The notes under the pieces are model-generated. The model was not told where the DNA came from. It saw only the letters and a program-made list of their open reading frames with translations, and made no database searches. A DNA stretch of 64,000 nucleotides from the human T2T-CHM13v2.0 reference genome, Homo sapiens. The stretch lies in NCBI RefSeq assembly GCF_009914755.1, contig NC_060939.1, one strand, 5' to 3'. Within the stretch, counting starts at the first letter, position 1, and every line of letters begins with the position of its first letter. This document shows positions 14,208-29,420 of this stretch, one piece after another. The position numbers and the translations under genes are program-made.

Positions 14208-14759
14208 TGTGAAAATAAGTAATTCAAAGTATAAGCTGTTGGAACTTTATTTTGAGCCTTAAATGAATGTGATTATAGGGCCTGAGTCTGTGCAAGCAAC
14301 CGTAACTGGGGCAGCTGTAACCTTTGTTTCTGTGGTTAAATATTAGCCTTTTTCATTGCCATATTTTGTAAAATGTTGTAAATGACTAAAAGGCACCAGG
14401 GAAGACCCCTTCCTTCTTACTGTTCATCTTCATTATAGATGAACTTCCCTCTTACCTCTGTCACACAAAGACTTCATGGCTATTACATTGTCTAACACCC
14501 TTTTCAATTGGAAAGGAAAATAAAACAAATGGTAATTCATTAAATTACTGTAACTCATAAACAAGCCATGTGTAGAAAATGTTGTAATCCTGTTAAATTT
14601 TTTGGTTTTCTTCCTATATAAGCAAGACCTTAACTTTTAATTTTGGAGCACTGACCTCATTGCAGGAGTCTGTGTTTCCCAAGTGGCTGGTCCTAGTTTT
14701 TTGCTTAAATAAACTCTTTAAAACTGGATTCTGATCCTTTTGATTATTTCAGGTTGATA
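14208..14759 (+). mobile_element. ERV1 (MER4-group-like) solo LTR nested in ERVL internal sequence
   Basis: TG start, TATA box ~14615, AATAAA ~14708; 4-bp TSD AGAC at 14204-14207 and 14760-14763. Confidence 0.8.
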
Positions 14760-15448
14760 AGACATTCCAGTAGATGAGCTACATCCTAAATGGTTTTTCC
14801 TTCCCATTGTGTAACAGTAACCCTATTTCTTTCTAGTTAATTTTCCTGCCAGTATGGAGACTCTTTTCCTTCCCTGCTAGTCCTTTGGCACAAGGAATCT
14901 GAAATGACCAGGTGGCAGCCATAGCTTAAAGTTTAGTGAGACTCTTATCAGTGTGTCCCTTTTGGGAAGCATTTCCTCTCTGCAAACTAGAGCCTCTAGG
15001 CCTGCAGAGCCTGAAGTTGCTGGTACAGGAAGCACTTAGAGTATTACTGAGAAAAGCTAATCTACTTTTGCCACTTGGATTCTCCTCTTTGGAAAAATAG
15101 TACCATTCAATGTTCATTGACTTAAGATGCCAAGCCTATCCTAAAGGGTAATTCCCCATCCTCACATGATACTGTTCTTTCAAAAGTCTGCTCCACCTGT
15201 CTATCAGACCTGCAGGTTTTGGGTGGTGCAGTATATGATAGGACTAGTGAATCTCATGGTCACGGATCCACTGCCACAACTTATATGTACAACAGCTCAC
15301 TTGGTCTGAGACAGTGATCCCTTGTATAGTGGTGTAGGCTGAGGCACTTTGGGTGAGAACTGTAAACCTATATTTGAAATGGTTGTTATTATTTATTTTG
15401 GAGGGGATCTTTCAGCAAGCCCCAGACCACTGGACTGTTAAAAATGTT

Positions 15449-15740
<292 letters not shown>

Positions 15741-15914
15741 GTCACTGATGTGGTAGGCCTGAATCTTTATAGGGGTGTCCCCTATGCTCTGGTGTGCATG
15801 TATTTTACAAAAGCATCCTGAATACTTGTCATTTCTTACTCATAATGTTCTGTGGGAGGGCCTAGTAGTCCTGGTATTTTCAAACTATGTTATGAAAAAG
15901 AATAGGAGAATACA

Positions 15915-16370
<456 letters not shown>

Positions 16371-16475
16371 TCATTTATCAGGGGCTGTGTTAGTCTGCTG
16401 TAATAAAAATACCACATTCAGCAGAGTAGCTGCAATTAGGGTTACTACTTAGTTAAGTTCGAGACATTATGCACA

Positions 16476-16818
16476 GATATAGACTGAATGCTTACGTCCC
16501 CCCGCCAATTTATATGTTGAAACCTACTCCCTAGTGTGATGGTATTAGGAGGTGTGGCCATTATTAGGTGATTAGGTCATCATGGCAGAGCCTTCATGAA
16601 TGGGATTAGTGCCCTTATAAAAGATTCTGGAGAGCTCCCTCACCCCTTCTGACTTGTGAGGACATAGGGAAAAGATGACTGTCTCTAAACCAGGAAGTGA
16701 GCGCTCACCAGATACTGAATCTGCTGGCAGGCTCCTCAACTACAAGCAATTCATTTCTGTTGTTTATAAGACACTCAGTCTGTGGTATTTTGTTATAGCA
16801 GCTCAAATAGATTAAGAC
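16476..16818 (+). mobile_element. MLT1A-like MaLR LTR
   Basis: 'gactgaatg...tatgttgaaacctactccc...ttgttatagcagctcaaatagattaagac'. Confidence 0.8.
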
Positions 16819-19004
16819 CTTCACCTTGTATTTTAGAGGCCAAAGTGGATAATGACTTGGGGATATGATGGGTACCACTAAGCCTGTATCATTGACGTCT
16901 TCAAGTATGGTACTAATCTTTGCCATTCCCCCTAGAAGCAGCATTGTTTTTTATTTTACAATCTTCCAAGGATGGTAAGGGAAATTTAAGGGATTTTCTG
17001 CTATAATAGCTTTGTTCACAGTTCAAGAAACAAATGTGAGGATTCTGCCAATTGCTAAGTATATCCATTTCAATGATATGTTTAGGTATCATGAAAATGA
17101 CCATTAGGTGGGTCAATAAACATAATGGACTCACTGTGAGATAGACTTGGGCCAATACTCTATTTATTACCTGACATCCTCTTTTATTCTAACAATCATG
17201 ATAATACATCATTGGTTGTCAGTATTCAATCAGAACTTTTATTCAACGTCTCTCAAAAGGTATTCCCTTTTGAAGGAACATAATTAGTTAACTGTTGAAT
17301 TTTCCATTTCATTTAAAATAAGCCATGGCTTTTTTCAAGCTCCTAAAATCCATCTCAGCTTATGAGAACTGGACAACAAGATCCTTGCCAGGGTGTTAAG
17401 TCCAATGTCATGGGAGAGCCCTTAGATCAACAGACTCTCTTATTCCACTCTATGCTCTACTTCCCTTGATTCTACATCCTCAGGATATACTTCCTAGTTC
17501 TTGCTCACGTATGTTACTGAACTCCTGCAGCTCATTTGTAGCTCATCCATTTCCTCCTTTATCAGACCTGCCTCTCCTTTATCGTGCTGTGATTTGACCC
17601 TAGTCAAATCTGATTGCCAAGACAGGAGTGGGTGACAGATCCTGAAATGGTCAAACACTGTCTTATAAGTCATCTGCCTATTTAAAACTTCTGCATATTC
17701 TTCAAGCAAAGCAGCATGCATCTTTTAACAAAAATGAGTGGGCCATTTCTGCAGGCCCATAGGGTTCGGGCACACCTGGGGTTCAATGTTCTGAAGTAGG
17801 TCTATTTAGAATACTTAACCCAAGTCTCAGAGTTGTATTACTCCCATCTTGGGGCCCTGATTTTGGCACAGGGGGCTTGCTAGGGTTGGAAATGCTATAT
17901 TTTCTAAAGTTCTGCCACTCTTAAAGAGTAGGTTCTGTGAAGATGAGGGTTTCTTTAATTAATACCAATGAAGAGATTTAGTTTTTATACCTGGCTTTGA
18001 ATTGATGAGCAATCACATTTAGCCTTTTTTTTCCTTCTCTTCAAAGCATTCATGGTGCTTAGCAACAGTTATGCAATTCCACAATCCTTATAATTACTCC
18101 TCCTCCCATACTTCTTAAATGCCAGCGATATTACACAGGCCAGTGCATCTCCTTCTAGTAGATCCCATTGCACTCAACCACAGTTGAAAAGTGTTAACAA
18201 TTTTACTGCTTTAACGTATCTTGAATTATCAGTGTTCAACCTATTAGTAGCAATAAGGTATTCTTGACAGCTGGCCAGCGGTGAGTCACCTCCTGAATAC
18301 CACCCTTAGGGTCTGCTTCTACCCCATACCTAATACTGATGTGTCATTGGTTGGATTTCCTAGAAACAGAAGCTGACACAGGGATTCAGGTAGAAGGGAA
18401 TTGAGGGAGTGTACTTCAGGGGAAACCCTAAAAAGAAAGAAAGGGAAGGGAAGGAAGGGAAAAGAGCATGCAATATTTCCCTTGGTCAATTGTGATCATT
18501 TGAGCAGAAAAATAATAGTAATTATTATTTAAATAACTGATTTAAAAAGTTGAACCCATGAAAGGTCATGAGTGGATATAAATATGCAAAAACATTGATA
18601 TAAAAATATAAAAATATACTCAAATACAAAAAATTGACTTTAATAGATTTTTAATGTCAGTTCTAGGTGCACATGAGAGTTGATGGTGGGCAAAAATGCT
18701 GATGATTTTAGAGATAGAGGTGGAAAAGATAGTTCTTTGTTTAAGTAATGAGTTTGTATTGGTTTCCCCAGTTTATCATATTATGTGGCTGTTCTCAAAT
18801 TTTCTTGTCAGCTATGTTTTTTTTTGATAAGTGAACTTTTTCTATTACATTGATATAGTTTCAATTTCTTGCTAATCCCTTTGATGAAGCCTAGGGTCTG
18901 GAATTTGAAAGTTCAGACATGACCATCCAACTAAGAACTAAAATATCACTCCTTCCTCTTCACTTGACACCGTCATCAGTTGGTACTTCTCTTGTGGTCC
19001 CATA

Positions 19005-19170
19005 AAAATAGTAACTAATCTATGCCAGGCGCTCTCCTAATACTTCATATTCATTACTCTTACATTTCACAATAAGCTTTTGAGGTAGGAAATGTTATTA
19101 TCCCTATTTTTCAGATTAGGAAGCTAAGGCTCAGAGAGGTTAAGTGAAAAGGACACACAGCCACATGGCT
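19005..19170 (+). mobile_element. MIR
   Basis: 'attatccctatttttcagattaggaagctaaggctcagagaggttaagtg' core. Confidence 0.8.
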
Positions 19171-19959
19171 ACCTCTACTCAGTTTTTGAAAATTCAGCCC
19201 CAAAACAACTGGCTATAAAAAATCAAAACTTAAGAATAGTTGTCCTTTCTATTGCCGCTTGCAACAAGAAACTTCTATCAACCTGTGTGTGGTCAAAAAA
19301 AAAGAAGAGCAAACATTATGGTTCAGGGCATTTAATATTTAATTTAAAAGAAAGAAAAGATAAGCTCTTATGTGCAGGAGAAAAGTTGGTGTTATCGGGG
19401 AGTGGCAGAAATAAACACACTTAAACATTGGCCCAGTGCAGTGAGTCCCTACACTAAAGAACAGTAAAGAACTTTTTTAAAAAGCCTTCATAGAAGAAAA
19501 TAAGGAAAGGTTATGTTGGACTGAAACACAACCCACAAGGACAAATGTGGTTTTGTTAAGGAGTGTATTCAAGAAACTTCCTGCAGCTGTACCCAAAGTG
19601 GCAGCTCCTGGAGAGAGAGAAAATGGAATCTCTCAGCTGTTGTTTCCCAACAGTCGGTAGGATGTATGCTTTCCTAATGGGGTAAACTCCCATGTTACCT
19701 AAGTCCAAACATTGTTAGCCAGATGAGAAAGAAGAGAACATTAATCATAGCTCTCCAGAGAGATGATTTTAATCTTTTCCTAAGGGCAACAATTTATCTT
19801 GCAAGGCTTCAGATGCTGTATAATGCTCCAACTTGCCTTTTCAAAAGGCTACTGAAGCAAGAAAAATAGAATGGTAACATAGCAGGAGAAAGGAGTTAGG
19901 GCCATGAAAAAGAAAACATATGATTAGGAAAGAAAAATCTGATAGGTTTATAAAAATAA

Positions 19960-21480
19960 TTTAAAACAGTTCATAGATCAAAGAAGAAGTTACTATAGAA
20001 ATTAGAAAATATCTGAACTGATTGATATTGAACATATCACCTAAAATTGTCAGAGGAAGCTAAAGTAGTACCTAGAGAAAATTGTTAGCCTTAAATATAT
20101 CTAGATATCCAGAAAAGAAAGGCTACATATCAATTTTTTAACTTTCAAATAAACTATAAGAAGAATAGCAAATCAAACCTAAAGAAAGTAGAAGAAAGGT
20201 AATAATAAAGCTAAGAACAGAAATCAATAAAACAGAAAATAAATATATTGTAGAGAAAAATTAACAGGCTAAAAGTTGGTATTTTGGAAAAATTAATGAA
20301 ATTGATAGACTCCTAGCAGGACTAATCAAGTGAAAAAGGAGAAATGGCAAAATTACCAATATGAGCAGAAAAAGAGGATTTCACTATGATCTTGTATTAA
20401 CTAGAAGTATAGTAAGAGGATATTATCAACAACTTCATACTAACAAATTTTACAATTTAGATGAAATGAACTGACACCTTAGAAACACATTTTGCCATCA
20501 AGATAGTGAAAAGACAACCCACAGAGTCAGAGAAAATTATTTTAAATCTTATGTCTATCTGATAAAGACCTTGTATCTAGAATATACAAAAACTCCTACA
20601 ACCCAATAAATAAGAAAATAAATAACCTATATTTAAAAGGGATCAAAGGATTTAGATCCAATGGATCCAGTGGGCAAAGGATCTGAATAGACATTTCTCC
20701 AAAGAAAACGTAAAAATGGACAATAAGCAAATGAAAAAACTTTTAACATCTTTAGCCATCAGGAAAATGCAAATCCAAACTACAGTGAGATACCACTTCA
20801 CACCCATGAGATGGCTATCTATATAAGATGGACAATAACAAATGTTAGCGAGGATGTGGAGAAACTGGAACTCTCTTACACTGCTGGTGAGAATGTAAAA
20901 TGATGCAATCACTTTGGAAAACAGTTTGATAGTTCTTGAAATGGTTAAGCATGGAGTTATCATATGACCCAGCAATTCTGCTCCTAGGTATATATCCAAG
21001 AGAACTGAAAACATATGTTCACTCTAAAGCTTGCACATGAATGTTCATAACAGCATTATCCATAATTGCCAAAAAATGGAAATAATCCAAATTTCCATCA
21101 ACTGATGAATGGATAAATACATGTGATATATCTATATAATGGAATATTATTTACCATGTAAGTGAATGAAGGATTGATAAATGCTACGACAAAGGTGAAC
21201 CTTGAAAACACTGTGCTAAATGAAAGAAGCCAATCACAAAGGACTATGTTGTGTAATTCCATTTATATAAAATTTCCAGAATAGGCAAATCCATAGAGAC
21301 AGAAATTAGTGGTTGCTTACAGCTAGGTGGGTGGAGGGAAATGGGAAGTGAGTCTTAATGGGCACGGGGTTTCTTTTTGGGTAATAAAAATGTTCTAAAA
21401 TTGATTGTGGTGATGCTTGCAAAACTCTGTGAAAAACCACAGAATTGTTCACTTTAAATGGGTGAATTGTGTATTATATA
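19960..21480 (+). mobile_element. L1MB-type fragments (ORF2 pieces and 3' end)
   Basis: ORF2 C-terminal remnants and L1MB 3'UTR 'ggcaaatccatagagacagaa...gttctaaaattgattgtggtgatg'. Confidence 0.8.
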
Positions 21481-21839
21481 CTCCAATGATGCCATATTAG
21501 GTAGGACATCATCATATTTGGATATTTGGCCAAATGTGAAATTAGAAAAAAAATCATTAGGAAAACACTTGCTTCTATTATACAATGTATACAAAGTCTA
21601 ATGAGAAAATTTTTGTTTATTTTCTTCTTTTTTTAAAAAATTAAGAATACACTGGGAACATAAAAAGCAGAATTACAGGAAAGTTAGATCTGTCTTTGTT
21701 AGCAGAACTGTTTGCCCCCGTTTAACACAATACCTAGACCCCATCCACAATGACTGTTACTATTACCCCAACTCAGTCTACTCAGTATCTTCACCTTGTT
21801 TGTCTGCTTGTTTTGTTTATTGATTTACTTACTAGTTTT

Positions 21840-21860
21840 TCTATCTATCTATCTATCTGG

Positions 21861-21891
<31 letters not shown>

Positions 21892-21923
21892 TATATATAT
21901 GTATATATATATATGTATATATA
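21840..21923. repeat. Compound microsatellite (TCTA)n-(TA)n-(CA)n-(TA)n
   Basis: Read directly. Confidence 0.95.
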
Positions 21924-22277
21924 ATTTGAATTGTTTGACTTTCTTCCATGCATTAGTGATAATCTTCTAAATGCAGATATTCTGGGAGAGCTTATCTCCT
22001 CCCAGATTAAGAGACCTCCACTGAATGAATAGAAATTGGGGGTGGGGAAAGGAATGAGGGTTAAAAGAGTAGATATTTTGGAAGCATGGACATGAATGGA
22101 CAATTTTCATGAAGGGCAATTTTCTGACATATTTGTGTGTTGGGGGAGAATCCTGTAACCCTAAGAGGGGAAGGTTAAAAGGCAGGAATTACTAATGGCA
22201 AACAACTCATAATGTATGCCTAAAGAACTGTGTTGAGGCTACTGAGCCTGCATCCCAGGTTCAGGTGAAAGTGTTTT

Positions 22278-22412
22278 CTGGCCTTTTCCCCCCTAAGAGA
22301 TGGGGTCTTGCTATGTTGCCCAAGCTACACTCAAACTCATGGGCCCAGATGATCCTCCCACCTCAGCCTCCCAAGTAGGCTGGGACTACAGGCATGTGCC
22401 ACTGCGCCCAGC
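22278..22412 (-). mobile_element. FLAM/Alu monomer
   Basis: Single left-arm-type monomer 'gagatggggtcttgctatgttgccc...ccactgcgcccagc'. Confidence 0.85.
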
Positions 22413-23504
22413 TTCTTTCCCAGCTTTTTAAGGGGGAAGTGTCAGCCAAGTCCCATCCCTTCAGTAGAGGTTTTTAGAGCAACAGTTGCCTGGTTGTAGG
22501 TGGAAGGAAAACCTGGACAAAGCAACCGCCAAGATAAGGAAAAGGTTGAGATAGTGTGACCCAGATTATGGTGATAGTTGTCATGAAAGGACCAAGCACA
22601 GAGAAGACTGTGGATAAACTAGTAATAGCTTTGGGGCAAGGAACAACTTGGAGTCAGAAGTGCTACTCTAAAGACATTCAGCTGGACAGCATGTTGTTGT
22701 AGGAGCCAATGGATGTCCGTGGCTGGATTCTGGGCCCCATCCTTCTGATTCATAATATGAAAGCGTTCATAATACAACAGGGTTACAACTTGGGAAGGAC
22801 AATTGGTCAGTTAAGCTGAGTGGAGTGCCTATCATAAGTGGGAATCAGGATACATGGCAGTGCCAAATACAAATTTGGGAGTACTTAATATAAACATTGC
22901 CTGCTTGCTTCTCATAGAGTTTAATGTATTTTGAGATCTAACCAACCACAATAAATACTCAGGGTTTCTTCAGAAAAACAGATACAGTGAAGGCTCTCAA
23001 TCGGCAAGAAGAAGTCCCAGTGAAAGTGAATTTTTGAACTGAGATTGGAAGAAGATGCCTCAGAGAGGCAGGAGAGAAGCAGGGAGTGAGCTCAAGTATG
23101 ATTTGGGGTATCTCAGCTCATTCTTCAGAGGAGGAGGTGGGTTATGAGTTTGCCAGAATAAAGCTGTGTCTGAGCTAAGATGGGTGTCTGGCTCTTACTA
23201 GGGATGGGCTGAGGCAGGATTGCAAATGGTGTTTCCTGGATCCCAGGATGGCATCTATCCTTCTCCAAATCTTTTAAATGAGTCTAACCTCTGCACAAAA
23301 AGAAGCACTTAAAGCCCCAGAATTAAGTCAGTTCAACTTCCATTTGCTACTCTGATATCCTGTCCAAAGTCTTGAGTCTTCTAACCCATTTCTCTAACAT
23401 CTTAGTCCCAAGGTGAATCATCTTGATTGATAACACATTTGGGATATGCTTTATGACTCAACCACACGTTTTTCTTTAGGACATTTGCAGATAGGAAAAA
23501 CCAA

Positions 23505-25040
23505 CCCCACCCATTCTATACACTCTTATTCAACATAATGTGGAAAGTCTAGACAGCACAATAAGCCAAGAAAAGGAAATTAAACGCATAAAAATCTTAA
23601 AAGAAAAAATAAAACTGTCACTATTTGTAGACGACATTTGTCTGCATAGAAGATCCTAAGAAATCTACCGGAAATCTCCATCTAATAATTGAGGTAAGCA
23701 AGTCTCAAAAAATACAAGATAAACGTACAAAAGAAATTGTATTTCTGTATACTAGCAATGAACACTTGGGCTCCAAGAGTAAAAATATGATACCATTTAC
23801 AATCTCTCTCTTTCAGAAAAAGAAATACTTAGGTGTAAATTTAACCAAATATGCGTAGGACTTGTATGGTGAAATCTGCACAAACACTGATGAAAGATTT
23901 CAAAAAGGATCAGAATAAATGGAAAGTCATATTGTGTTCATGGATTGAAAAATCAACATAATAAAGACAACATTTCTCCCCAAATTAATATACAGATTTA
24001 ATACAATTCCTGTCACAATCCCAGCAAGTTGTTTTGTGGATATAAATGAGATTATTCTAAAATTTGAATGAAAATCCAGGGGAACTAAAACAGGTTAAAA
24101 GTTTTTTAAAAAGAAAAATAAATTGAGGATAAGTCTACTCAGTTTCAAAACTTATTATGTATATATAGTAATCAGGGTATGTCCTATTGCCAGAGGGATG
24201 GACACATAGATTAGTGGAATATAACAGAGAACCCAGAAAGGGAGCCAGAAAAATATGCCTAATTGATTTTTTGATAAAGATGCAAAAGCAATTAAATGGG
24301 ATAAATATGGCCTTTTCAACAAATGGTTCCAGAGCAACTGGAAACCCATAGGCAAAAAAAAAGGAAGAAAATAAACTAACAAAACACAAAACAAAACAAA
24401 AACTTTGACCTAAGTTCCATACCTTTTACAAAAGTAATTCAAATTGGACTGCAGACTTAAACATAGTTTAAAAGTGTAAAACTTATAGAAAAAACACAGG
24501 TGAGAATCTTCAGGATTTAGGCCCAGGCAAAGAGTTCTTAGATTTAATAGCAAAAGCATGATCTATAAAAAGAAAAACTGATAAACTGGACTTTATTAAA
24601 ATTAAAAACATTTGATCCATGAAAGAATATGTTAAGAGGGTGAAAATACAAGCTATAGAGTGGCAGAAAATATTTACAAGCAACACTTTTTATAAAGGAT
24701 TAGTATATAGAACATATAATGAGCTCTTAAAACCCAACAGTAAAAAAAATCAATCCAATTTAAATATGGGCAAAAAATTTTAAGAGATTTCACTAAAGAA
24801 AATAGAGGATGTTAGAAAAGTGCATGTATTTATAGACATCAACATGAGACATCCATGTTGGTAATGGAAATGTTCTGTACCTTGTCTGTATCGATGTCAG
24901 TATCCTAATTGTGATATTGTGTTATAATTTTACAAGATACCACCATTGGATGAAACTGAGTGAAGGTGCATAGAATCTCTGTATTATTTCTTACAACTCA
25001 ATGTGAATATAAAATTATCTTAAAATTTTAAGTTTTTTTA
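23505..25040 (+). mobile_element. Old L1M (MC/MD-type) ORF2 and 3' fragments
   Basis: Degenerate RT region ('ttattcaacataatgtggaaagtctag', 'ctatttgtagacgaca'). Confidence 0.75.
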
Positions 25041-25239
25041 TATAAAAGGAGGGGATTAAGATAACTTGCATTGACATCTGTTATGTCATGGAAATTTTGT
25101 GAAGTACTCCTTCTCCTGGAAGTAGTTTGTTAGGGATGGAAATTGCATCATAGGAATCAGGATAATTGAGATTCCAGCTCCTGGGCACCCAGAGAGAAAC
25201 AGTTGATTTCATCTCAGCCTGAAGAACTTCTATAGCATT

Positions 25240-26720
25240 CTTTGTAGTATAAGTGACCTGATGAAAAGTTTGCATAGTTTCCTTTGATGCAAAAATTTAT
25301 ATTTTTCTTCATTATTGGCATATATTTTTGCTAAATAAACAACTCAGGGTTGATGGTTTTTCCTCTCAGTACTTTAGAGATGTTCCATTGTCTGCTCACT
25401 TCTATTATTTCTGAAGACAGGTCAGTTATGATTCAAATCACTGTTGCCATGTATAAATTATGTGCCAATTTTCTTTGACTGCCTTCAAGATTTTCTCATC
25501 TTTTGTTTTCAGAAATACGACTATGGCATGTGGGCATGGCTTCTTTCCTTTGTATTTATACTGCTTGGTGTTCACTTAGCTTCTTATTTCACCATATCTG
25601 GGAAATTTCTTTCTATTATTTCTTTAAATGTTTCTTCTGCCTCATTCTGTCTTTTCCTTCCTCCTGTGATTTTTACAATAACTCATATGTTACATACATT
25701 AGAATTACTGATATTGCCTCACAAGTCCCTGAGTTCATATTTTTACCATTTTCTCTTTTTTTTTCTGGTTCAGATTGAATAATTTCTACGGACCTATCTT
25801 CAGGTTCACTAACCATTTCCTTGTCACCCCTATTCTGCTGTTTGGCCCATCAAGTGAATTTTTCAATGTTTCCATGAGTAGTTATAATAACTGCTTTAAA
25901 TTCCTTGTTGGTTAATTCCAACATCTGGGTCTTCTCAAGGTCAGTCTCTGTTGATGATTTTTTATTTTGAGAATGAATCACATTTCATTATTTCTTTGTA
26001 TGTCAAGTAAATTTGGATTGTATCTTAGATAATATGAATGCTTATGTTGTAGAGACTATGAATTGTCTTGGATTCTTCCAAAGAGTTGTTATGGCATGGA
26101 ATTAACTTGGTAAGACTCAACCTGCAAAATTTATCTCTTGGGAAACAGCTCAAATCTAATATTGATCATTAATTGAGCTGTTTGAAATCTGCCCATGCAT
26201 GTGTAATTCAGGGGTCAGCTAGAGATTTGGGCAGACTTTATACACATAATTTTGGGATTTCCCTCTCTGATGCTCTCTTGTCTAGTTGCTCCAAATTTGC
26301 TCTCATGTTCTTTAGGCCTGAAAGACTATGGGTTTTCTATGAGTGTTTTAGCAACCCTCTGTTGTACCAAATGCAGCGTTCCCTCAGACTAAAGCTATTA
26401 AAATAGGAAACCCACACCCTGCTATTCCCTTCACCCAAGTATCGTTTTCCTTTCATAAAATGCCTGTTCTTGGTCATTCTCCAGTGTTTACAGGTGGCTT
26501 TCTGTGCATATGTGTGTGTATACACACACGTGTATATGTATATAAGCACATATACACACGTGTATATATGTGTGTGTATATATATACACACGTGTATATA
26601 CTTGTGAGTGCATATATATATGTATGTGTGTGCGTGTGTGTGTGTTTGTGTCCAGATTTATAGTTATCTGCAAATAGGTTGGTCCAGTAAATTACTAAGC
26701 CATACCAGAAGTTGAACCTC
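25240..26720 (-). mobile_element. Old L1M 5'/ORF1-region fragments
   Basis: T-rich antisense L1 ORF1-like sequence. Confidence 0.55.
26505..26652. repeat. Alternating purine-pyrimidine compound repeat with TATACACACGTG units
   Basis: (TA)/(CA)/(TG) mosaic containing three CACGTG palindromes. Confidence 0.9.
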
Positions 26721-26749
26721 ATTTCTCATTTCTCTCTTTTTAACCTAAA

Positions 26750-27030
26750 GAACATCTGTTCATTTGTCAAGAATCGGTTAAGACTTTACCTTCTCAGAGA
26801 AGCCCTCCCTTACTGCCCTCTCCTTTAGGTTGAAAGTGAGCTGTCCCTCCCCTGTGCTGTCATAGGTCCCGGTGTCATGTTTGCTTATAGTCCTTATATT
26901 GTAGTGAAATTACTTATGTGTATATTTCTTTTTCAAGAATCTGAGCCCAGGCACCCTAGTTTATTTGTTTATCTTTGTATCCCCAATGCTTAGTACAAAG
27001 TCTGGTGCATAGATGCTAAATATTTTGTTG
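26750..27030 (+). mobile_element. L2 3' fragment
   Basis: 'ccttctcagagaagccctccct...tttgtatccccaatgcttagtaca...gctaaatattttgttg'. Confidence 0.65.
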
Positions 27031-28683
27031 CTAAATATTATTTCTGTATTAATATGCAAAATATATACATACATTATGTTTTATGATTCCCTGTTGGCAA
27101 GTGTGTAATGTCCAGAGATTCAAATTACAGTGTTCAAGGGCACATGTCCCACATAACCTTTGGCCTGTTAATGATAGGATGATTTTGGAGAACAACAAAG
27201 TAGACTGGATTCCTATTAAGGATTCCAGAAACAGCAATGGGAAAGGCATTTGAAATTAGTAACTGAGATAAAGTTTATGTTGTGTTGAGTAGGCACTAGT
27301 GGTAAGGGGCTACATAAGAAGGTAGCCATATTGTGGGCCCACAGATGCCTGGAAGGTTCTCATGCCTTTCACACCAACTAATTTCAGATTCTACTCATTT
27401 AATCTAGAATAGCCTTGTGACCTGGTGAGTCTGAACTTTTATTTAGCCTAATTTAGAGTTTCAACCATTAGTTTCATTCTGCTGGGGAATACAGCAATCC
27501 TGTTCCCATAAATATCATACTTTTTTTTATTCATTTCGCTAGGCCTTGAGCTTGTATTGATCTTTAAAAAGTCCCTGACTAAAGTGACAGTGGTCATGGA
27601 AGGGGTTTGTTGTGTCTTCCATTAGTATAAACCTATTTAAATAATTTACTTTAGAAGATAATTGATTAACTGAGAGGTAGCTGAAGCCAAGACCAGGCAA
27701 GAATGTGACATATGATGAGTGCTTAAAGAAAGGTATTTTTAGTATGTGTGGCAATGGAGTTGGTAAGGCAATGGAGTAGAAGAATGGCAATGGCAAAATA
27801 TTTCCATAGCTTCACTGAGAGTCACTGTTTCAAAGACCAGTGGTCAATTTTCCCTTCATAGGCTGCCAAACCCCAGAAACTTAAGATACAACAAATAATG
27901 TTTTCCGTGTCTTGAGGAAAAGATGATGATTTGTGGATGTTAATCATAATTCAAGAGTGAGTCTTACCCCGATTTTGTGTACCTTTCTAAGAAAGATAAA
28001 TCTCACATTATAACAATACACAAGAAATGTGTAGATCCAAAGTAACGTTGTTCTGAAATTTATGCCAGGTTTCTGTTTATTGTTTCTAGGAAAGGACAAA
28101 GACCTACCTAATAAACCTGTCTCAATGAGATAATGAAGTCATGATAGGAAATCATCACTGTTGAATATTTCAGCACAAAATGCAATTACAAGGGAGTTAG
28201 AATGCCATCCTCCTTTAAAGAAGATATCTTATTGCAAGTAAAAACCTCTCAGTTTGCCCTCAAAAAGTTAGAGTGTGTAGTTCCACTTGAATATAAAAAA
28301 AGTTATGTCACATGCAGAGGACTGAAACCACCCAAGAGCTCGAGTGCAGCCAGTGTGGCAGTATCTGCATATTGTGTAAGGCTTCTTTGAATGGAGAGAA
28401 TGGGAGAACAGCAGGAAAAGCCCTGAATGATCTCTGTGTCTTTAGTTAGGCAAGAAAAAGGCCTAGCTACAGGTCATTACCCATAGTTTTTGCAAATGTC
28501 ATGAATAATCAGACTTAGCAGTTACCATAATATTGAACTAAAAAAATTCTAGTTTCAAAAAATCATTTTCAATATAGGCACAAAGATTGGATTAATATCC
28601 TCTATGTGAAAGAGAAAACTTCTTTTTGTCATTGTGTATTTCTTTAATTCAAAATGTTATTTCAAAGAAAGTATCAAGTTGAG

Positions 28684-28750
28684 TTCTCTACAAAATGCTT
28701 TATTTTGGTTTCTCTACAAAATGCTTTATTTTGGTTTCTTTATTTTGGTT
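28684..28750. repeat. 26-bp tandem duplication plus partial third copy
   Basis: TTCTCTACAAAATGCTTTATTTTGGT at 28684-28709 and 28710-28735. Confidence 0.9.
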
Positions 28751-29069
28751 TTATTTAACTCCCAGTACATAACTTTGTTAACAAGGCATTTTAGACACTA
28801 TTATCATCCCCTTTAGTATTTGAGATTGGGTGGGAAGAGGATGCAAGATAAGTACATAAGAAACCTTTTGGTCTAAAGATATCCTTGTAAGTGAGCTTAA
28901 AGCTATTCTAAAATGAACAAGAATGAAAGAACCCACAACTTTAACACTTTGTGAATGAACTTCATTTCCAGGAATTTGGCATGTGCAATTTTAGAAGGAA
29001 TCCTAGACAGGAGTGGGTTGGAAAGTGTTGAGTAATGAAGTGTTAGATAAAGGCACAGCCAGAAGTTAA

Positions 29070-29420
<351 letters not shown>

